From contig JBEKQU010000007.1 in assembly GCA_049519415.1 (NCBI GenBank), forward strand, positions 24,061 to 88,060: a DNA stretch of 64,000 bases, written 5' to 3'. The notes beneath the pieces are model-generated. The model saw only the letters and a list, made by a program, of their open reading frames with translations, had not been told where the DNA came from and ran no database searches. A program made the position numbers and the translations under genes. Of the stretch, positions 38,371-46,666 are shown piece after piece; the first letter of the stretch is position 1; each line of letters begins with the position of its first letter. Origin of the DNA: Spirochaetia bacterium (GTDB taxonomy: Bacteria; Spirochaetota; Spirochaetia; SZUA-6; Fen-1364).

Positions 38371-39534
38371 TCACACCGCCAATTTATCGGTCCGCCGACC
38401 CGGGGAGGGAATCTCCTCAAAAGTCAATTCAGTGCCCTTGTAAAGAAAATGGAGGGAGCCGTCAAGCCATTCAGAAACCACGATTTTCTGGATGGGTTCA
38501 CGAATGATCGCACACCCGCTCCGCGGGCGAAACCGCCTGTGATTGTGATCGACCACCAGGTCCGGTCCGACCCTATGCTCCTGCTGCGTGCAGAATATCG
38601 ATCGAAGGTCTGTGCCGTCGACGATCGGCACATGATAGTCGGCGGGGCATGGGGTGCACGTCGCGAAAAGCGCGTTCAGCTTGTCGTCGAGGGGGCCTTG
38701 CATCATCGCGTTGACTCCCTCGAAGGTTGCCGCCGATGAGCCTCGCAGCTCGCTCTCCAGGAACCCCATCAACGGCTTCAGATCGAGCAGCACGGTCCTT
38801 GCCTGGGGAGGATTCAGCGCTCCCACATCGATTCCCAGTCTTTCGCAGGAGCGCGCGAAAGGCGTGCGCTGTTCATCGCCCGCGAGCTGCTCTTCGAGCG
38901 TGGGATGACGGTTTTCGCAGAGCACGAACCTTCTCGCGCAGCGAAGCGCCGCGGGAATTCCATGCCGATCTATCCAGATCCAGAGGAGGCGCATCGCGGC
39001 CGCGCTGGATTCTTCCGGCGCGGCCAGCCACAGGCTTCTGGAGGTCGCCTCATCGCGTATGCACAGAAGGCAGGCCGTGGGAAGCTCCGCGATGATCGAA
39101 CCCGACCGGATGGCCACCAGTGTCAGAACCTCGCCGAAACCCCTCCCTGAGCGGTTTGCCCGCGGCGTCATTATCCTGTTCCTGCTCAGCTTCCATAAAT
39201 CGCTCTCGATGAGCCATCGACGGAGGGTCTCATGGTCTATTACGATGCCGCTCTTTTCGAGCTCTTCCGCGAATTGTGTCGGCCCGAGGCCTGGGGCGTG
39301 TTTCCGGTATTTTCCCAGTATCTCTTCCTTGAATACATCAGGGAAGGCTCTGTTCGATGGCTTGCCCCTGTTGCCGTGGGCGAGACCCTGTTCACCTTCC
39401 TCGCGGAAGCGCTTCCAGATTCTTTTGACCTGTCGGGAGGAGAGCGCCAGGATCCTGCTTGCCTGGTCAAGCGTCAATGTGCGGTTGCTCACCCTGTTGA
39501 GCACCATGCACCTTCTGTTCTCATTCTCTCTCAC
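38371..39534 (-). CDS. ISNCY (IS1202-group)-like transposase, possibly degenerate
   Basis: N-terminal HTH region ...RRCMVLNRVSNRTLTLDQASRILALSSRQVKRIW..HGNRGKPSNRAF... aligns with ISNCY transposase N-termini. The segment expected to carry the first DDE Asp reads LVAIRSGS / CIRDEAT, so acidic residues may be substituted. Start ambiguous: GTG 39534 or ATG 39507 (the ORF track starts at TTG 39618). Confidence 0.55.
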   Translation of the reverse strand: MRENENRRCMVLNRVSNRTLTLDQASRILALSSRQVKRIWKRFREEGEQGLAHGNRGKPSNRAFPDVFKEEILGKYRKHAPGLGPTQFAEELEKSGIVIDHETLRRWLIESDLWKLSRNRIMTPRANRSGRGFGEVLTLVAIRSGSIIAELPTACLLCIRDEATSRSLWLAAPEESSAAAMRLLWIWIDRHGIPAALRCARRFVLCENRHPTLEEQLAGDEQRTPFARSCERLGIDVGALNPPQARTVLLDLKPLMGFLESELRGSSAATFEGVNAMMQGPLDDKLNALFATCTPCPADYHVPIVDGTDLRSIFCTQQEHRVGPDLVVDHNHRRFRPRSGCAIIREPIQKIVVSEWLDGSLHFLYKGTELTFEEIPSPGRRTDKLAV

Positions 39535-39559
39535 GGTGAAACCCCCTTTTCGCTTTTGG

Positions 39560-39630
39560 AGATTCTTCCGCTGAAGCCGTACTGTTTGCAGGATATATTG
39601 GCAACAGTTAGTTGTCAACTGTTAACAAAA
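39560..39630 (-). promoter_or_regulatory. Putative promoter TTGACA-N16-TATATC with an adjacent TTGTTAACA element (minus-strand read TTGTTAACAGTTGACAAC). Second copy of the 15228 motif.
   Basis: Read directly. The AT-rich region 39630-39729 follows. This is either the displaced native promoter of the eda-kdgK operon or the IS-end promoter. Confidence 0.35.
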
Positions 39631-39729
39631 TATTTTTTCTTGAGGACAATAAATGGGGTTTTCTATAATAATTCTTTATATAGTAAGAAATAAGATATAA
39701 AGAGACGGCTGCATGGGCAAAGCTTAAGG

Positions 39730-40773
39730 TCAGCGCTGGATTCTCCCCGATGCATCACCCCCCATCAAAGCAAGCACTTCATCGAATGTCACGAGGTTGA
39801 AATCCCCATGAATGGTGTGCTTCAGGCAGGAGGCCGCGGTGGCGAACTCGACGCTTTCCTGCAGGTCCTGGCCCGTGAGAAGTCCGTAGATAATGCCCGA
39901 TGAATAGGCATCCCCGCCGCCGATCCTGTCGACGATGTAGTCCATGTGGTACTTGCGGCTGGTGTAGAACCGTTTGCCGTCGTAAAGCATGCCTGACCAG
40001 TTGTTCGCGGTGGCGGACAGGCTCTCGCGCAGCGAGATGGAAACGTAGTCCAGGTGGAACCTCTCGTGGAGCTGGGCAGCCACGTCCTCATAGCCGCGCT
40101 CGCTGATCTTTCCCCCCTTGACGTCGCTTCCCCGCGCCGCTATCCCGAAGACCGTTTCCGCCTCTTCTTCATTGGTGAAAAGAATGTCAACGTATTCCAT
40201 CAAGCCGGACATGACCTCCCGGGCTTTCTCCGGGGACCAGAGCTTCCTGCGGAAATTCAGATCGCAGCTGATCGTCACGCCCTTCTTTTTCCCCGCGACG
40301 CACGCTTCCTTCGTGATGGCCGCGACGCTGTCCGCCAGTGCGGGAGTGATCCCCGTGAAGTGGAACCAGTGCTTGCCTTCGAAGACGGAGTTCCAGTCGA
40401 TGTCCCCGGAGCGCAGCTCCGTGATCGAGCTGCCCTTGCGGTTGTACAGGAACGTGGAGGGCCTCTGCGCCGCTCCGGTCTCCACGAAATAGATGCCCAG
40501 CCGATACCCGTTTTTCCTGACGTAGTCGAGGTTAAGCCCGAACTGGCGCACGTAGTTCAGGCAGGCCTGGCCGACCGCGTTGTCGGGGACGCTGGAGACC
40601 AGGAAGCTTTCGATCCCGAAAGCCTCCAGGGCGACACCGAGGTTCGCTTCGGCCCCGCTGTAGATGACATTGAACTCCCGCGCCTGCACGATGCGCTCGT
40701 GCTGCTTGGTCGACAGGCGCATCATGAGCTCGCCGAACAGAACGACCTTTTTATCCGATGCGATCTTCTTCAT
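39730..40773 (-). CDS. kdgK: 2-dehydro-3-deoxygluconokinase (PfkB family), copy 2
   Basis: 347 aa, collinear with copy 1 (DRIGGGDAYSSG, identical GDFNLV..EV.ALMGGDASGR.QR tail). Confidence 0.85.
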   Translation of the reverse strand: MKKIASDKKVVLFGELMMRLSTKQHERIVQAREFNVIYSGAEANLGVALEAFGIESFLVSSVPDNAVGQACLNYVRQFGLNLDYVRKNGYRLGIYFVETGAAQRPSTFLYNRKGSSITELRSGDIDWNSVFEGKHWFHFTGITPALADSVAAITKEACVAGKKKGVTISCDLNFRRKLWSPEKAREVMSGLMEYVDILFTNEEEAETVFGIAARGSDVKGGKISERGYEDVAAQLHERFHLDYVSISLRESLSATANNWSGMLYDGKRFYTSRKYHMDYIVDRIGGGDAYSSGIIYGLLTGQDLQESVEFATAASCLKHTIHGDFNLVTFDEVLALMGGDASGRIQR

Positions 40774-40782
40774 GGCATCACC

Positions 40783-41673
40783 CTATTTTCCCAGAAGCTG
40801 CTCGATGGCCTGCTTCTGCTGCACACCAACCGGCTCCAGGGGCGACATCGCCCTGCCTGAACCGCTTCCTAGGAGGGAGGCGGCATACTTGATACCCGAA
40901 AGCCAATTGGTCCCGCCCGTCACCAGCGGAGCGCGCATCCGCATCATCTCATCATGAATGCGCGCCGCGCCGGCCCAGTCTTTGCGCTCCGCGGCCTCGA
41001 ATGCCTGGATGAAAATCGCGGGGATGATGTTTCCGCAGCCCGGCACGAGGCCGGCGGCTCCCGCCCGCAGCTCCTCCAGCATGGTCACCTCGTCGCCCCC
41101 GAGCACGGAAATTCCGACCTCGCCCCCGCGGCGCACCAAGTCACGGAAGTATGCCATGTCCCCAGAGCTTTCCTTGCAATGCCGAAGCCACCCGCGCCTG
41201 CCCATCTCGCAGAGCGTGTCGACCGCGATGCTCGTCCCGGTGCACTGGGGAATGTTGTACGCGATCATCTCCATGTTCCCGCCCGCCTCCCGCGCTTCTC
41301 CAAAGAGCCGCAGGTGTTCTGACTCCGCGCGGGCGGCAAGGTAGAAGGTCTGCGTAACGACGAAATGGGAATAGCCGATGGCGCGGAGCGCTTTGACCTT
41401 CTCCCGGACCCGGCGGCTCGACGTGTCCATGACGCCGCCCAGAAGCGGCATCCGCCCTTTCACCTCATCGAAGGCGATTTCCGTCATTCGCTGCCATTGG
41501 TCGGAGGGGAGGAGGGGGCCTTCCCCGGCGCTTCCGCCCACAAAGAGGCCGTGCACGCCGGCTTCAGCAAGACGGCGGATCAGCCGGCGCAGGCCGGCTT
41601 CATCGACTTTTTCCTCCGCATCCAGGGGCGTGATGATGGGAACTACTACGCCGCGTAAAGTGCTTGTCTGCAT
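40783..41673 (-). CDS. DHDPS/NAL-family class I aldolase (2-keto-3-deoxy sugar-acid aldolase or N-acetylneuraminate-lyase-like)
   Basis: 296 aa with a YNIP motif region (IAYNIPQCTG) and a Schiff-base Lys context (CKESSGD). Confidence 0.75.
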   Translation of the reverse strand: MQTSTLRGVVVPIITPLDAEEKVDEAGLRRLIRRLAEAGVHGLFVGGSAGEGPLLPSDQWQRMTEIAFDEVKGRMPLLGGVMDTSSRRVREKVKALRAIGYSHFVVTQTFYLAARAESEHLRLFGEAREAGGNMEMIAYNIPQCTGTSIAVDTLCEMGRRGWLRHCKESSGDMAYFRDLVRRGGEVGISVLGGDEVTMLEELRAGAAGLVPGCGNIIPAIFIQAFEAAERKDWAGAARIHDEMMRMRAPLVTGGTNWLSGIKYAASLLGSGSGRAMSPLEPVGVQQKQAIEQLLGK

Positions 41674-41700
41674 TTCTGCTTCCTTTCCTTATTCACGCTG

Positions 41701-42846
41701 TCATAGTGCTAATGGGTAGCACCCTGCTCTGGCGACTTCATCGCACATGGCGACGATGTTCGCGGGCGGCACATCCGGCTGGATGCAGTGCACAGCGGCT
41801 GCCACGTAGCCGCCTCCGGGGGCAAGGTCGCGGATCCGGCGTCGGACCTCCCCGCGAACCTCCTCCGTCGTGCCGTACGGCATCACCCGCTGGGTATCGA
41901 TTGCGCCGCAGAAGGCGAGCCTTTTTCCGAACTCGCGCTTCAGACGCGCGGTGTCGGCCAGGTCCGGCGCGGACACTTGCACGGGGTTCAGCAGGTCCAC
42001 CCCGATATCCACCAGGTCGTCGATCAGGGCATAGACGTTGCCGCAGGAGTGGAAGAAGATCTTTGCCCTGGTGTTTTCCCTGATAGCGGCCAGCACCTCG
42101 GCCTGATGAGGCTTGATGAGCCGGCGATAGTCGGGCGGAGACATCAAGGTCGAGTCCTGCGTTCCCAGGTCGTCGCCCGTGATCACGACATCCACGTACG
42201 CGCCCGCCTGGCGAAAAAGCTCTCGAAGATAGGGAAGGGCGAGCTCCTTGATGCGGCCCAGCAATGCCAGAAAGAAATCCTGGTCGGCCGCAAGGTCCAT
42301 CAAGCACTCCGCCACTCCGCGCAGCATGTAGAGCTGCTCGAACAGGGTGGTGCCGGTCAGGAGCACGCTCGCGAAGCCGGCCTCCTGGATTGCCCGGCAG
42401 CGATCGGCAAGCCCGGCAAACCGTGACGCCGGCAGAAGGTCCGGCCACGGGTAGCGGTCCAGATCGTCCAGGGAGGCGTTTCGCAGCGGGGGATCGGTGA
42501 TCTCGAAGTACTGGGTGCCGGCGCGCTTCCGCCACGCGCAGCCCCAATCATCCACGATGCAGTCATCGGTGCTCCGCATGCCGTGGTGAGACAGAGCGGG
42601 GCCCGGCATGACGGGACGGCCGTCGGAGCCGAGCGTGCGCATGACCTCCTCATCCATCCATACGTACTGCAGGGGCTGGGAGAGCCAGCGGCATTCCCCG
42701 GCTTGAACGCCGAGATGCTCCTTGAGTTTCGGGTAGCCCGGGCCCAGCACGGTGGTGGCGCCGGATGTGCCGATGAACAGAGGCACCCGGTCAGGCTCCT
42801 CATGGTTCAAGGCCATCATGACGCGCTCCCTTGGGGACATGCTCAT
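41701..42846 (-). CDS. URO-D / MtaA-CmuA superfamily methyltransferase-like protein, paralog 5
   Basis: N-terminal MSMSPRERVMMALNHEEPDRVPLF and GDDLGTQDSTLMSP ... FFHSCGNVYALIDDLVDIGVDLLNPVQ. Confidence 0.8.
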   Translation of the reverse strand: MSMSPRERVMMALNHEEPDRVPLFIGTSGATTVLGPGYPKLKEHLGVQAGECRWLSQPLQYVWMDEEVMRTLGSDGRPVMPGPALSHHGMRSTDDCIVDDWGCAWRKRAGTQYFEITDPPLRNASLDDLDRYPWPDLLPASRFAGLADRCRAIQEAGFASVLLTGTTLFEQLYMLRGVAECLMDLAADQDFFLALLGRIKELALPYLRELFRQAGAYVDVVITGDDLGTQDSTLMSPPDYRRLIKPHQAEVLAAIRENTRAKIFFHSCGNVYALIDDLVDIGVDLLNPVQVSAPDLADTARLKREFGKRLAFCGAIDTQRVMPYGTTEEVRGEVRRRIRDLAPGGGYVAAAVHCIQPDVPPANIVAMCDEVARAGCYPLAL

Positions 42847-42876
42847 CCGTTCAGCCCTCCCCGCGACGCATCGGCA

Positions 42877-43992
42877 TCAGTAGGTCCCCCTCTGGAGGCC
42901 CTTTTCGACAAAGTGCCGATAGGTCTCGTACTTCACATTGCTGGACACGCTGTGGTCCACCTGCAGCACGTATCCGCTGCCTGCCATAGCGCCGGGAAGT
43001 TTTTTCTCCAGCTCGGCGTCGACCGCCGCGAGATCATTGGTTTCCAGCACCCGTTCGTCCATGCCGCCGATCAAAGCGATTCGCGCGCCGAAATCCCGCT
43101 TCAGTTTCAAAAGGTCCATGCCGGCCTTGGTCTCTATCGGCTGCAGGCAGTCGATCCCCGCCTCGATGAGGTGGGGAACGAGCGCTTCCACGAATCCATC
43201 GCAGTGCAGGACCACGGGCAGCTTCCTGCTGTGGGCGAAATCGAAAAGGCGCTTGTGCGCCGGAAACAGGATCTCCCGGTACATCAGCGGGGACATGAAG
43301 GGCGTGTTCTTGTATCCCAGGTCGTCCCACACCCACAGCCCGTCCGGCATCCCTTCGCGGGCAAAGAGAATTTCGAGGAGGCGGATGGTGATGTCGGCAT
43401 ACACGGCGGCCATCCGGCGCACCCACTCTCCGTCGGCAGCCATGCCCATGAGCAGGTATTCGTGGCCGCACATTGGCGACATCAGGTCGAAGGCGCCCAC
43501 CACGCCGCACGTCATGAACCGGCAATCGCGCGCGCATTTCGCGCGCAGCTGCCGGTAGCGATCGAAATCGATGCGCCGCTCGTAGGTCCGCTCGTCGAGC
43601 AGCCAGGGCTCGATGCTTTTTTCCCAACCCTCCCGATCCTTCACTGAAAAATCCACGTGCTCGGGCGCGCCGGAACCATTCTTCAGCCAGCGGAGAAGCG
43701 CTCCATTCCCATCACGCACCAGTTTCGCGCTGCTCGTCTCCTCTACGACGTCCTCAGCGGCGTCCACGTCGGCCACAAGGTTGATCGTTTTCCAGGACAT
43801 CGGGGTGATCTCGCCGCCGGTCCTCCTCACATCGAGCCCGAAATGATCGCTCACCATTTCCGGTTTTTCAAACCATCCCTGGTCGGCCCAGCCGCGGGCT
43901 GTTTCCTGCCAGAAAACCTCGAAAAGTCCCACGCGATCCACCGGCAGGTGGAGGAGGATCCGGGAAAAACGCTCCTTGCTCGTCAGCGGCAT
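42877..43992 (-). CDS. URO-D / MtaA-CmuA superfamily methyltransferase-like protein, paralog 6
   Basis: MPLTSKERFSRILLHLPVDRVGLF and WDDLGYKNTPFMSP ... VVLHCDGFVEALVPHLIEAGIDCLQPIE (H-C-D-G variant). Confidence 0.75.
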   Translation of the reverse strand: MPLTSKERFSRILLHLPVDRVGLFEVFWQETARGWADQGWFEKPEMVSDHFGLDVRRTGGEITPMSWKTINLVADVDAAEDVVEETSSAKLVRDGNGALLRWLKNGSGAPEHVDFSVKDREGWEKSIEPWLLDERTYERRIDFDRYRQLRAKCARDCRFMTCGVVGAFDLMSPMCGHEYLLMGMAADGEWVRRMAAVYADITIRLLEILFAREGMPDGLWVWDDLGYKNTPFMSPLMYREILFPAHKRLFDFAHSRKLPVVLHCDGFVEALVPHLIEAGIDCLQPIETKAGMDLLKLKRDFGARIALIGGMDERVLETNDLAAVDAELEKKLPGAMAGSGYVLQVDHSVSSNVKYETYRHFVEKGLQRGTY

Positions 43993-44001
43993 GCGATTCC
44001 C

Positions 44002-45165
44002 CTATGCCGCGTGGCAGGCTTCGAAGAGCGCGCGGAGGTTTTCCAGCGGGATCTCCGGAGTCATGATATTGGCGGGGGCAACGATGAGCGCGTTGCCGAA
44101 CGGAGCGCCGAGGGTTTCGATGGTCCGGCGGACCTCTTCCCGAATCTGTTCCGGCGTGTGGGTAGCCAGCCGCTGGTCGTCGATGCCGCCGAAGAAGGCC
44201 ACCTTCCCCCCGAACTGTCGGGCAACCTCTTTCTGGTCCATGGCTCCCGGCTGGATGGGGTCGAGCACGTCGACGCCCAGAGTGATCAGGTCGGGGACGA
44301 TCGCCATGACGTTTCCGCAGCTGTGAAACATCACGTCCATGCCGTGGCGATGGATTTCCTCGAATATCGTCCGGTAGTGTTCCGCGAAAAAGCTCCGCCA
44401 CATCTCCAGGGAAAGCATGAGAGAGGTCTGGGTGCCCCAATCATCGGTGAGATAGACGGAATCGGCTCCCATCTCCGCCCATCCGCGGATCACGTGCAGA
44501 AGAGAGCGTGCTATCGCATCGCCCAGTTTCCGAACCTCCCGCTCATTGGTGTAGAAATCCATGAGCAGGTTCTGCATTCCCCGCACCGCCTGCAGCCGCT
44601 CGAAGAGGGCCAGGTGAATGATCCCCCCACAGTATTTCGACTGACCGTGCGTCGTGAAAACAGGCCGTGCACCGTCAAGCCTGCCCGCTGCGCGGGGGTC
44701 GGGGATGCCATGCGCCAGATACTCGTCAAGCTGGGACCAATCCTTCAGGGGGTGATCCACGGGAGTCGCTCCGACCCCGCCGAACGCGTGGCCCCAGCGG
44801 GTGCCCCATTCATCAGCCCACTCGGCGGACTGCGTCAAAACTCGGAGGGGATCAATGCGGCCTCTGAGGTCGTGCGGCTGGTAGCCGATGCTGCTCTCGT
44901 AGGGCGCGGTCATGATCAGGTCGTCCGGATACTCGCAGAAAAGGTCTGCCAGCGCGTCTCCGTGACGGAGGACGATATCCAGGGACAGACGCTTTATGCG
45001 CACCGGGCAGCGCGGGGCGCCTTGTCTGCGGATGGCGCGGCGCACCATTTCCCTGGTCGGAGGGTACGAGAGCTGGGCATCGCTCACGCGCTTCTCGAAT
45101 CGGGCAACGATGTTCCCGACTTCCGAAAGGGGCAGCAGGCGAAAGTCCTCGCTTTCAGTCATCAC
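44002..45165 (-). CDS. URO-D / MtaA-CmuA superfamily methyltransferase-like protein, paralog 7
   Basis: TDDWGTQTSLMLSLEMWR ... VMFHSCGNVMAIVPDLITLGVDVLDPIQ. Close paralog of 9479..10687. Confidence 0.8.
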   Translation of the reverse strand: MMTESEDFRLLPLSEVGNIVARFEKRVSDAQLSYPPTREMVRRAIRRQGAPRCPVRIKRLSLDIVLRHGDALADLFCEYPDDLIMTAPYESSIGYQPHDLRGRIDPLRVLTQSAEWADEWGTRWGHAFGGVGATPVDHPLKDWSQLDEYLAHGIPDPRAAGRLDGARPVFTTHGQSKYCGGIIHLALFERLQAVRGMQNLLMDFYTNEREVRKLGDAIARSLLHVIRGWAEMGADSVYLTDDWGTQTSLMLSLEMWRSFFAEHYRTIFEEIHRHGMDVMFHSCGNVMAIVPDLITLGVDVLDPIQPGAMDQKEVARQFGGKVAFFGGIDDQRLATHTPEQIREEVRRTIETLGAPFGNALIVAPANIMTPEIPLENLRALFEACHAA

Positions 45166-45186
45166 ATTTCTCCTTGCTTGCGCGAT

Positions 45187-45969
45187 TTACCAGACTGTAT
45201 AGCCGCCGTCGATGGTGAGCACGCCTCCGGTCATGAAGGAGGAGGCGTCCGATGCCAGAAAGATGATGGCGCCCTTCAGCTCATCCAGCCGCCCATAACG
45301 TCCCATTGGGGTGTTGCGGAGGTTTCGCTCGTAGACCTCGGGGATCCTGGCGCTCGCCGCCGTCTGGTCGGTCATGATGTAGCCGGGCGCAAGGGCGTTC
45401 ACGCGAACGCCGGCTCCCGCCCATTCCGCGGCCATGCCGCGCGTCAGGTGGGCCACTCCGGCCTTTGCGACGCAGTAGGTGACGTTGTGGCGCGGGGTGA
45501 TGTTGCTGATGACAAAGGAGTTGATGGAAGCGATGTTGATGATGCTCCCCCTGCCCGCCTCCCTCATGCGCGCGGCCACCCTTTTGCCCACGTAGAACAT
45601 GCTGGAAAGGTTTGTGTCGATGATTTTTCTCCAGAGGTCATCTCCCACCTCCTCCAGCGGGCACCCTTCCGAGGGCATGGCCGCATTGTTGACCAGAACG
45701 TCGATCCTGCCGTACCGGGCGATGACCTCCGCGATGAAGGAGTCGATCTCCCCCGAGACAGTGACGTCGACCCGTGAGAAGAGCGCTTCCCTGCCCAGAA
45801 GGGAGAGCTCCGCGCGCGTCCGCTCACCCTCCTCCTTCAAGAGGTCGCAGAAGGCAATCGCGGCTCCGGCTTCCGCCAGCGCGAGCGCATGCTGCCGTCC
45901 AAGCCCCCGCGCTCCACCGGTCACGATGGCGACGCGGTCCTTCAGGCTGAACAAGTCCAGGGCGTTCAT
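45187..45969 (-). CDS. SDR-family oxidoreductase
   Basis: RVAIVTGGARGLG Rossmann motif and Y-x-x-x-K (YCVAKAG). Start at MNALDLF (ATG 45967-45969). Confidence 0.8.
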   Translation of the reverse strand: MNALDLFSLKDRVAIVTGGARGLGRQHALALAEAGAAIAFCDLLKEEGERTRAELSLLGREALFSRVDVTVSGEIDSFIAEVIARYGRIDVLVNNAAMPSEGCPLEEVGDDLWRKIIDTNLSSMFYVGKRVAARMREAGRGSIINIASINSFVISNITPRHNVTYCVAKAGVAHLTRGMAAEWAGAGVRVNALAPGYIMTDQTAASARIPEVYERNLRNTPMGRYGRLDELKGAIIFLASDASSFMTGGVLTIDGGYTVW

Positions 45970-45970
45970 C

Positions 45971-46651
45971 TCATTTCCCCGCCGAGGGCCAGGTGGTTTT
46001 CCCGAACGCACCCTCCCAATCCGTCATGAACCCCCGCATGCGCTTCTCCGTGTAAGGGTGTTCGAACAGCAAGGCCAGGTACTCGAACCGCAAGGTGCAG
46101 ATGTCGGTTCCCGCCACGGCGAACTGCCCGAATGATCTGGGGTAACGGCCGCAGGAAAGAATCTTTGTGGGGAAGCCGTAGTTATCGTAGATTTTCCGCA
46201 CCGGCGCCACAAGCTCCACTTCCTGGTCCAGGGCCTGGTCGAGCGGTCCGTTGAAGATGGCCACGATATCGGCTCCCGACTTTCCCGCGAGGTATGCCTG
46301 GGCAACCGAGGAAACGAGCGTCACCGCTATCCTGATGCCGCGGACTTCCTTCTTGAGCCGCAGCAGCGCCTGGATGCCCGCAATGCTCATGGGAAGCTTG
46401 ACGATGATCTTTTCTGAAAAACCGTGGAGCCACTGCGCCTGTGCGATGAGACTCTCCCTGTCTTCCCAGCCGATGGCTTGGCAGAGGACAGGCCCCGGCG
46501 ACGCATCGAGGACCTTCCCAAGAATCGCCGTGGGGTCGCGGCCGCCCCCTTTGGCGATCAGGGTCGGGTTTGTGGTGACTCCGTCCAGCACCCCCCATTC
46601 CGTTGCTTTTCCGATCTCCTGGGGGTCAGAGCTGTCGAGAAAAAGCTGCAT
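45971..46651 (-). CDS. Fructose-6-phosphate aldolase / transaldolase-family protein (FSA/TalC-like)
   Basis: MQLFLDSSDPQEI...GVTTNPTLIA N-terminus and C-terminal DWEGAFG, matching FSA. 226 aa. Confidence 0.75.
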   Translation of the reverse strand: MQLFLDSSDPQEIGKATEWGVLDGVTTNPTLIAKGGGRDPTAILGKVLDASPGPVLCQAIGWEDRESLIAQAQWLHGFSEKIIVKLPMSIAGIQALLRLKKEVRGIRIAVTLVSSVAQAYLAGKSGADIVAIFNGPLDQALDQEVELVAPVRKIYDNYGFPTKILSCGRYPRSFGQFAVAGTDICTLRFEYLALLFEHPYTEKRMRGFMTDWEGAFGKTTWPSAGK

Positions 46652-46666
46652 GGAATTTCCTCCTCT

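Larger units (their letters stand above)
38345..39630 (-). mobile_element. Approximate extent of the IS insertion carrying the ISNCY-like transposase. Ends and TIRs not identified.
   Basis: The transposase ORF lies only 31 nt upstream of the eda start and is flanked on the far side by an AT-rich promoter-like region. Confidence 0.35.
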
